Part shown: positions 47,941 to 53,902 of the stretch, one piece after another
Layout of the letters: each line of letters opens with the position of its first letter
Numbering within the stretch: position 1 is the stretch's first letter
DNA from: a virus
Taxonomy: Duplodnaviria; Caudoviricetes
Length of the DNA: 53,902 nt
IMG/VR virus record: IMGVR_UViG_3300032296_000199
Location: 1-53,902 of that record
Strand: one strand, 5' to 3'
Translations under genes and position numbers: made by a program
The notes under the pieces: generated by a model
Told to the model about the DNA's origin: nothing
Databases searched by the model: none
Seen by the model: only the letters and a program-made list of their open reading frames with translations

Positions 47941-48852
47941 ATGGCTATTTCACGCGCACAACTACTTAAAGAGTTGCTCCCCGGTCTGAACGCATTGTTC
48001 GGTCTGGAATACGCTAAATACGGCGAAGAGCACAAAGAGATCTACGAAACTGAGACATCAGAGCGTAGCTTCGAAGAAGAGACAAAGCTTTCTGGCTTCT
48101 CTGCTGCACCTGTCAAGAATGAAGGCTCCGCCATTCAGTACGACAATGCGCAAGAGGCATGGACTGCACGTTACACCCACGAAACCATTGCGATGGGCTT
48201 TTCCATCACAGAGGAAGCTGTGGAAGATAACTTGTACGACAGCTTGTCTTCACGCTACACCAAGGCTTTGGCCCGTGGTATGGCTTACACCAAGCAAGTT
48301 AAAGCTGCTTATGTGTTGAACAACGCCTTCACTGGCGGCCCAACATACGGCGACGGCGTGGTTCTGTGTTCTACAGCCCACCCACTTGTCTCTGGTGGCA
48401 CTAACAGCAACCGTCCTACAACAGGCGCTGACTTGAATGAAACATCGTTGGAAAACGCTGTTATTCAGATCGCTGCTTGGACAGACGAGCGCGGTTTGTT
48501 GATCGCTGCTAAGCCTCGCAAGCTTATCATCCCCCCAGCACTGCAATTCGTTGCAACTCGTTTGTTGGAAACCGAACTCCGCGTCGGTACAACTGACAAC
48601 GATATCAATGCATTGAAGAACAACGGTTCGATCTCTGAAGGTTACACTGTTAACCACTATTTGACCGACACCAATGCTTGGTTCTTGACAACAGACGTAC
48701 CTAACGGCCTGAAGCACTTTGTTCGTTCACCCTTGTCTAACAGCATGGATGGCGACTTTGACACAGGTAACGTGCGTTACAAAGCCCGTGAGCGTTACAG
48801 CTTCGGCGTGTCAGACCCACTGGGTATCTTTGGTTCACCCGGTTCGTCCTGA
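47941..48852 (+). CDS. Major capsid protein (HK97 fold; Mu gpT-like family)
   Basis: MAISRAQLLKELLPGLNALFG...ERYSFG.SDP.G.FGS; strong SD AAGGAG; highly biased codons; followed by a terminator. Confidence 0.9.
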   Translation: MAISRAQLLKELLPGLNALFGLEYAKYGEEHKEIYETETSERSFEEETKLSGFSAAPVKNEGSAIQYDNAQEAWTARYTHETIAMGFSITEEAVEDNLYDSLSSRYTKALARGMAYTKQVKAAYVLNNAFTGGPTYGDGVVLCSTAHPLVSGGTNSNRPTTGADLNETSLENAVIQIAAWTDERGLLIAAKPRKLIIPPALQFVATRLLETELRVGTTDNDINALKNNGSISEGYTVNHYLTDTNAWFLTTDVPNGLKHFVRSPLSNSMDGDFDTGNVRYKARERYSFGVSDPLGIFGSPGSS

Positions 48853-48859
48853 TGAAATT

Positions 48860-48890
48860 GAAAAAGGGGCCTTGTGCCCCTTTTTCTTTT
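48860..48890 (+). terminator. Rho-independent terminator after the capsid gene
   Basis: GAAAAAGGGGC-cttgt-GCCCCTTTTTC-TTTT. Confidence 0.88.
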
Positions 48891-48900
48891 AGTGTATATT
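48872..48900 (+). promoter_or_regulatory. Candidate promoter TTGTGC-17-TATATT embedded in the terminator
   Basis: 17-bp spacer; would start transcription at about 48907, the 5' edge of the structured leader. Confidence 0.45.
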
Positions 48901-48907
48901 GTTCTTA

Positions 48908-48985
48908 ATCCGGGCTTTCCGGTGTATCAAACTGTCCCGGCAGACATCATGCAAGATTGATACACCTTTAACTGCATGAAGGAAA
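48908..48985 (+). ncRNA. Candidate double-pseudoknot cis-regulatory RNA
   Basis: 10-bp stem 48921-30/48957-66, plus CCGGG/CCCGG and TCATGCA/TGCATGA pairings, the last abutting the SD. Confidence 0.6.
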
Positions 48986-48989
48986 TATC

Positions 48990-49514
48990 ATGGGATTCGC
49001 AACTCACCTTGGCCCTTGGCTCTTGGGCACTGTCCGTAACACAACTGGCACTACTGTCGGTACTATTGAGAACTGCGGTGCAACCGTTGTTACTCAAACA
49101 TTTAAAAAGAACTACACAGGCCAAGCCGCTTCTGCGACTACTGACACCATCTGCGTGTTGCCTGCTGGCGCTCAAATCGTTGACATTTTCATTGACACCA
49201 CCGTTGCGTTTACAGGCTCTACAGCCGCAAACGTGAGCATTGGTGATGGCACAACAGCCGCCTTGTACTGGGCCGCTACAGACGTTACCGCTCTTGGCCG
49301 CGCCGCTATCAGCAATGCCTCTGCTAAATTGGGTGCATGGTGCGGAGCGGCTTCTACAGCTTCTCCTAATGGTATTGGCGTTGGCCCAACAGACGTGAAG
49401 ATTGTTGCCACAATGACTCCAACTGTTGCGGCAGTAACTGCTGGTACTGTGCAGTACACAATCATGTACGTGGTTGCTGACTCTAACGGCTCACAATTCC
49501 CAGCATCTGCTTAA
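48990..49514 (+). CDS. Putative virion structural (head decoration-like) protein
   Basis: Thr/Ala-rich beta protein with LPAGAQI.D motif; directly after the major capsid gene. Confidence 0.65.
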   Translation: MGFATHLGPWLLGTVRNTTGTTVGTIENCGATVVTQTFKKNYTGQAASATTDTICVLPAGAQIVDIFIDTTVAFTGSTAANVSIGDGTTAALYWAATDVTALGRAAISNASAKLGAWCGAASTASPNGIGVGPTDVKIVATMTPTVAAVTAGTVQYTIMYVVADSNGSQFPASA

Positions 49515-49521
49515 TTGATCT

Positions 49522-49543
49522 AGGGGGCTTCGGCCCCCGTTTA
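49522..49543 (+). terminator. Hairpin / weak terminator (cUUCGg loop)
   Basis: GGGGGC-TTCG-GCCCCC-GTTT. Confidence 0.55.
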
Positions 49544-49557
49544 CAAGGAGATTAATT

Positions 49558-49854
49558 ATGTCAATGCAAACTGATGTTAAATCAACGCACCGCAGTACTG
49601 CTGGGTCGTTTTACGCAGGTCGTACACGGCTAAAAGGTTTTATTGTTACACCCGCTATAAGTACCGCCTGCACATTTGAAATTCGTGACGGTAGCGCCTC
49701 GGGCGCAGTTTTGTTCACAATGGACATTACAAGTCAAACCGTAGCTAACTCTACGTATATTCTTGTTCCCGGCGAAGGTATTTTGGCTTCTACGGGACTG
49801 TATTTGACGTTGAGCGTTGGCTCGTTAACCAGCCTCTCGGTGTTCTATGGCTGA
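49558..49854 (+). CDS. Small virion-associated protein
   Basis: SD AAGGAG; MQTDVK...PGEGIL...FYG motif. Confidence 0.7.
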   Translation: MSMQTDVKSTHRSTAGSFYAGRTRLKGFIVTPAISTACTFEIRDGSASGAVLFTMDITSQTVANSTYILVPGEGILASTGLYLTLSVGSLTSLSVFYG

Positions 49855-50587
49855 AACAAAACAGGCAACACTGACAGGGCGCAAGCTGTTCATAGGCATC
49901 CCAGCTTATGACGGCAAGCTGAACATCAAGACCGCATTTGCACTAGCGCAGTTAATGCCCAAGGCAATGAGTCTTGGTGTGTCCGTCACGTTGTCTGATT
50001 TGTCCAACTGCTCAATCATTACTATGGCTCGCAACGCCCTAGTACACGAATTCTTAAAGACAGATTGCACAGAGCTTCTGTTTATTGATGCTGATGTAAT
50101 CGTCTCTCCAGACGACATCCTGCGTTTAATGGCTCAAAGTGGCGGCATGGATATAACCGCTGGCGCGTACCCACGTAGAGCCAAAGATGCTAAATTCTTT
50201 GCTGACGTGTACTACGACGAAAAGGGCGACCTAGAGTTTAAAGGCTCTTTGATGCGTTTAAAACGTGCGCCTACAGGGTTTATGCTGATTCAGCGTCATG
50301 TCATTGAGCAAATGATTTTTAATCATCCAGAATGGACTTATGAGAAGTCCCCAACAGAAAAGATGTCAGCGGTGTTTGACTTTGCTATCCGTGATGGCAA
50401 GTATGTTGGCGAAGATTATTTGTTCTGTGATCGTGCAACTGAGATGGGATTTACAGTCTACCTAGACGTAGACATTAGTCTTCCCCATGTAGGTCAAGAA
50501 ATATTTGAGCGCAACTTCCGTGAAGAAGTTGTAATGCCTTTACTTGAAAACATTTATCACCATAAACTGAAAGTCGTAAATGGCTAA
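49847..50587 (+). CDS. GT-A fold glycosyltransferase
   Basis: LFIGIPAY, ARNALV..FL, LLFIDAD (DxD), TGFMLI.R, GEDY.FC and L.HVG. Confidence 0.85.
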   Translation: MAETKQATLTGRKLFIGIPAYDGKLNIKTAFALAQLMPKAMSLGVSVTLSDLSNCSIITMARNALVHEFLKTDCTELLFIDADVIVSPDDILRLMAQSGGMDITAGAYPRRAKDAKFFADVYYDEKGDLEFKGSLMRLKRAPTGFMLIQRHVIEQMIFNHPEWTYEKSPTEKMSAVFDFAIRDGKYVGEDYLFCDRATEMGFTVYLDVDISLPHVGQEIFERNFREEVVMPLLENIYHHKLKVVNG

Positions 50588-50825
50588 ATCACCAGCATGG
50601 CAGAGAAAAGAAGGCAAGAATCCAAAGGGTGGCTTGAATGCGAAGGGTCGCGCCTCCGCGAAAAAGCAAGGCATGAATTTGAAACCGCCCCAGCCCGAAG
50701 GCGGCTCCCGGCGAGACTCTTTCTGTGCGAGGATGGAAGGGATGAAGAAAAAATTAACATCCGCCAAAACCGCCAAAGATCCAGACTCACGCATCAACAA
50801 ATCTCTTAGAGCTTGGAAATGTTAG
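50580..50825 (+). CDS. Small basic protein
   Basis: Lys/Arg-rich; RR.SFCARM.G...SRIN..LR.W.C motif. Confidence 0.75.
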   Translation: MAKSPAWQRKEGKNPKGGLNAKGRASAKKQGMNLKPPQPEGGSRRDSFCARMEGMKKKLTSAKTAKDPDSRINKSLRAWKC

Positions 50826-51061
50826 ATTTAAACACCGCTTGGTCAGCAATCCTATCTTTAGTGATTGGATTGCTAGGCTACATGATGAACGAAAAGTTCA
50901 GGGAGCTTGCTCGTATAAGCATTCTCTTAAACAAAACACGCGAGGAGGTTGCCCGTGATAACGTTACTCAAGCAGAAGTGGATCGCATTACGAACCACAT
51001 TGACCAACGCTTTAACAAACTTGAAGCAAAGATTGACCAGCTTATTCAAGCGGGGCGATAA
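50819..51061 (+). CDS. Small protein with N-terminal TM helix and coiled coil
   Basis: WSAILSLVIGLLGYM followed by heptads ending RFNKLEAKIDQL. Confidence 0.65.
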   Translation: MLDLNTAWSAILSLVIGLLGYMMNEKFRELARISILLNKTREEVARDNVTQAEVDRITNHIDQRFNKLEAKIDQLIQAGR

Positions 51062-51393
51062 TGCCAAGCAAGAGTAAAGCTCAACACAATTTCATGGCTG
51101 CGATTGCACATTCGCCATCGTTTGCTAAGAAAGCGGGAGTCCCACAATCCGTGGGCAAAGAGTTCAACAATGCCGATAAAGGCAAAACTTTTAAACAAGG
51201 TGGCGATATGAAAAAGATGGCAATGGGTGGTTCCGTTAAACCTACAGCGATGGGCAGTGTAAAGACAGCGGCTCCTAGCCGTGATGGTGTTGCTTCTAAA
51301 GGCAAAACCAAAGGTACACAAGTCAAAATGGCTGGTTCTGGCGTACCCAACGGCATTGGTGTAAAAACCATGAAGCGTGGCGGTAAGTGCTAA
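51061..51393 (+). CDS. Small basic protein with repeated xxxGG motifs
   Basis: MPSKSKAQHNFMAA; FKQGG, MAMGG and MKRGG. Confidence 0.75.
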   Translation: MPSKSKAQHNFMAAIAHSPSFAKKAGVPQSVGKEFNNADKGKTFKQGGDMKKMAMGGSVKPTAMGSVKTAAPSRDGVASKGKTKGTQVKMAGSGVPNGIGVKTMKRGGKC

Positions 51394-51408
51394 TTTAAGG
51401 AGGCTATT

Positions 51409-51666
51409 ATGCCAATGACCCCTGAAGCAGCAAAGATGTATAAACCTCGCCGTACACCCGGCTCTTTGGAAGATGTTGTTTATCCAGAGACTCGGGCAAA
51501 AATGGAAGAGGCTAAAACTGATGTTAAGGACGAGAAAGATCGTCAAAAGATCAAAGGTATGGGCTACGCTAAAGGCGGCTCAGCTTCTTCTCGTGCTGAT
51601 GGTATTGCTAAACGTGGCAAGACCAAAGGTACTATGGTCAAGATGAGTTACGGCGGAGCCTGTTAA
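51409..51666 (+). CDS. Small basic protein with xxxGG motifs
   Basis: SD AAGGAGG; YAKGG...SRADGIAKRGKTKG...MSYGG. Confidence 0.75.
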   Translation: MPMTPEAAKMYKPRRTPGSLEDVVYPETRAKMEEAKTDVKDEKDRQKIKGMGYAKGGSASSRADGIAKRGKTKGTMVKMSYGGAC

Positions 51667-51669
51667 ATC

Positions 51670-51945
51670 ATGATGGCCAGTCGCGGCATGGGTGACATTA
51701 TGCCTTCCAAGATGCCCAAAGGCGTGAAAAAAGCTCGCCGGGATGATACTAACTTTACGCAGTATGCTGAAGGCGGTAAAGTCAATGCCGCTGGTAACTA
51801 CACAAAGCCAGATTTGCGTAAGCGAATTGTGTCTCAAGTAAAAGCCGCAGCAACGCATGGTACTGGCGCAGGTCAGTGGTCTGCCCGTAAAGCTCAACTT
51901 GTTGCCAAGAAGTACAAAGAAGCCGGTGGGGGTTACAGAGATTGA
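51670..51945 (+). CDS. Small basic protein
   Basis: SRGMG, YAEGG, NYTKP..R and GQWSARKAQ...YK..GGGY. Confidence 0.75.
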   Translation: MMASRGMGDIMPSKMPKGVKKARRDDTNFTQYAEGGKVNAAGNYTKPDLRKRIVSQVKAAATHGTGAGQWSARKAQLVAKKYKEAGGGYRD

Positions 51946-52175
51946 AAGCTCCTCAGAAATCTCTTAAAGACTGGGGCGATCAGAAATGGCGCACTAAGTC
52001 TGGTAAACCGTCTAGCAAGACGGGTGAGAGATATTTACCTGAGAAAGCAATTAAGTCCTTGTCCCCAGCAGAATACGCAGCTACGACCAAAGCCAAACGA
52101 GCGGGTAAAGCTGCTGGCAAACAGTTTGTAGCTCAACCAAAAAATATTGCAAAGAAAACGGCAGGCTTTAGATGA
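51942..52175 (+). CDS. Small basic protein
   Basis: TTG start overlapping the upstream stop; Q.SLK.W..QKWRTKSGK...ERYLP motif. Confidence 0.7.
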   Translation: MKAPQKSLKDWGDQKWRTKSGKPSSKTGERYLPEKAIKSLSPAEYAATTKAKRAGKAAGKQFVAQPKNIAKKTAGFR

Positions 52176-53107
52176 CCACTACCGGAACCACACTCTTTAA
52201 CATGGACTTCACGGAGATTGCCGAGGAAGCGTGGGAGCGTGCGGGTCGGGAGATGCGTTCTGGCTACGACTTGCGTACAGCACGTCGTTCCATGAACCTA
52301 ATGACTATTGAGTGGCAAAACAAAGGTATCAACATGTGGACAATGGAGCAGGGTGTTATTACTCTGACTCCCGGCTTAGCAACGTATGCTTTGCCAACAG
52401 ACACTATTGATTTGCTTGAACAGGTTATTCGTACAGGTCAAAACACTGCGTCTACCCAAGCTGATTTGACCATTACACGTATCAGTGTTTCTACTTATGC
52501 TACGATTCCCAATAAGCTCCAACAAGCCCGTCCCATCCAAGTCTGGGTTCAAAGGCTTTCTGGAGAAGTTAATCCAACGGATTCGGTTCTTAGCGGAGCC
52601 CTCACCTCCACGGACACCACGATCACGCTTGACACGGTGGTTGGACTAGCTGGTTCAGGATTTATCCGTCTTGGCTCAGAAGATATTTACTACACTTATG
52701 TATCAGGAAATACCCTAGGTGGTGTATTCCGTGGACAGAATAATACAACAGCCGCCGCGCAAGCTGATGGCACTGCGGTGTTTGTTCCTCAACTACCAGC
52801 TGTGACCGTGTGGCCCACACCTGATAACTCCACTACATATCAGTTTGTGTATTGGAGACTGCGTAGAGTGCAAGATGCTGGGGCGGGTTCAGCTACAGCA
52901 GATATGAACTTCCGCTTCCTACCTGCTCTTACAGCAGGTTTGGCGTACCACATTGCTGTCAAAGTCCCTGAGTTGATGCCACGTATTCAGATGCTTAAGC
53001 AAATTTATGATGAGACGTTTGACATAGCCGCAGGTGAAGACCGAGAAAAAGCGGCTATCAGGTTTGTTCCTCGTCAGATGTTTATTGGTAGCGGTGGGGG
53101 TTACTAA
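52172..53107 (+). CDS. Putative head-tail adaptor / tail tubular protein
   Basis: EEAWERAG...ARRSMNL...W.N.G.N.W; WPTPD; RFLPAL.AGLAY; position after the head genes. Confidence 0.65.
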   Translation: MTTTGTTLFNMDFTEIAEEAWERAGREMRSGYDLRTARRSMNLMTIEWQNKGINMWTMEQGVITLTPGLATYALPTDTIDLLEQVIRTGQNTASTQADLTITRISVSTYATIPNKLQQARPIQVWVQRLSGEVNPTDSVLSGALTSTDTTITLDTVVGLAGSGFIRLGSEDIYYTYVSGNTLGGVFRGQNNTTAAAQADGTAVFVPQLPAVTVWPTPDNSTTYQFVYWRLRRVQDAGAGSATADMNFRFLPALTAGLAYHIAVKVPELMPRIQMLKQIYDETFDIAAGEDREKAAIRFVPRQMFIGSGGGY

Positions 53108-53490
53108 TGGGTAATCGGTTCGCATCCGGCAAGATAGCGATTGCTGAATGTGATCGCTGTGGACAGCAGTACAAGTTAAAAACGCTTAAGACAGAAATTA
53201 TTAAGCAGCGTCAGTATCAGTTGTTGGTTTGTCCTGAGTGCTGGGATCCTGATCAGCCTCAGTTGATGCTGGGAACATTTCCAGTAGATGATCCACAAGC
53301 TTTACGCAATCCGCGTAGAGATACAACGTATGTCACTTCTGGTGTCAACGTGAATGGTAATTTGTCTGGTGGTTCACGAGACATACAGTGGGGCTGGTAT
53401 CCGGTTGGCGGGGCTAGTAATTTTGATGCGGACTTGACACCAAACTACTTGGTGGCAACGACATTTGTTGGTACAGTAACGGTATCTTAA
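53107..53490 (+). CDS. Conserved neck-region protein with CxxC...CxxC
   Basis: ECDRCG...VCPECWD..QPQL...DPQALRNPR. Confidence 0.72.
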   Translation: MGNRFASGKIAIAECDRCGQQYKLKTLKTEIIKQRQYQLLVCPECWDPDQPQLMLGTFPVDDPQALRNPRRDTTYVTSGVNVNGNLSGGSRDIQWGWYPVGGASNFDADLTPNYLVATTFVGTVTVS

Positions 53491-53500
53491 GGAGCTTAAA

Positions 53501-53686
53501 ATGGATAAAGCGGATTTAAAACAAGACAAGAAGATGATGGCTGGAGCCGTGCACAAGCACGAAAAAGCTATGCATCCCGGCAAGCCTATGACCAAGCTTA
53601 AAAAAGGCGGCCCTACCAGTATGGATCGCAAGATGATGGGTCGTAATCTATCTCGTGCAAATAACCAGAAATCTGGGAGCAAGTAA
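53501..53686 (+). CDS. Small basic protein (LKKGG motif)
   Basis: SD AAGGAG; HKHEK.MH.GK...LKKGG. Confidence 0.7.
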   Translation: MDKADLKQDKKMMAGAVHKHEKAMHPGKPMTKLKKGGPTSMDRKMMGRNLSRANNQKSGSK

Positions 53687-53902
53687 TGGCCACATTTAGC
53701 AAGAAGATGATGGGTAAAGAAGTTGGCGATGCCAAAGTCTATGCCAAGCCACACACTATGTCTGGCAAGGAAGTCAAGGCTTCTACTAACCCCGGCAAAG
53801 AACCTAACCGCAGTAAGCTTGATACTTACGATGTGAGCATTGGCGCTATCAGCAAATCTGCTGGTAACGAACCAACAAAAACAACTGGTATCAAAGTTCG
53901 CG
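53686..53902 (+). CDS. Small basic protein, 3'-truncated (MATFSKKMMGKEVGDA...)
   Basis: TAATG overlap; frame open to the window end. Confidence 0.6.
   Translation, partial: MATFSKKMMGKEVGDAKVYAKPHTMSGKEVKASTNPGKEPNRSKLDTYDVSIGAISKSAGNEPTKTTGIKVR

Noticed and set aside
50819-51061. Possible holin
   Set aside because: Single TM helix, but no endolysin or spanin nearby in the window; not enough support.
1-53902. Integrase, RNA polymerase, reverse transcriptase/DGR or alternative genetic code
   Set aside because: No such motifs were recognised, and standard-code ORFs tile the window densely.

Overview
Most of the genome of a tailed dsDNA bacteriophage with podovirus-like (P22-type portal/ejection) architecture. 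The window starts and ends inside the late virion operon, so tail-fibre and lysis genes are probably in the missing segment. There are three blocks. (1) 1-17027 (+): tail/stabilisation protein and four or five putative internal/ejection proteins, including a ~1515-aa protein with long mucin-like Thr/Pro repeats and a 2248-aa polyvalent-type protein. (2) 17024-40412 (-): replication and early genes, namely primase-helicase, SSB-like protein, SNF2 helicase, HNH, Cas4-like nuclease, family A DNA polymerase, a GT60 GlcNAc-transferase, VRR-NUC, a DUF3150/AAA/VWA-metallopeptidase trio and many small ORFs, plus an iteron-rich origin-like region at ~38340-39030. (3) 40726-53902 (+): terminase, portal, GroES-like protein, scaffold, major capsid protein, a second glycosyltransferase, small basic proteins and neck proteins. 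I saw no integrase, RNA polymerase, tRNA or CRISPR array. The best candidate for a new system is a phage-encoded mucin-type O-glycosylation pairing: a eukaryote-type GT60 polypeptide GlcNAc-transferase, a second GT-A enzyme, and a mucin-like virion protein. Other notable items are two compact pseudoknotted RNA leaders, a repeated operator-like module, a shared [FYML]-x-x-G-G motif across late proteins, and 30-bp gene-junction repeats. All family assignments come from motif recognition by eye, not from database searches.
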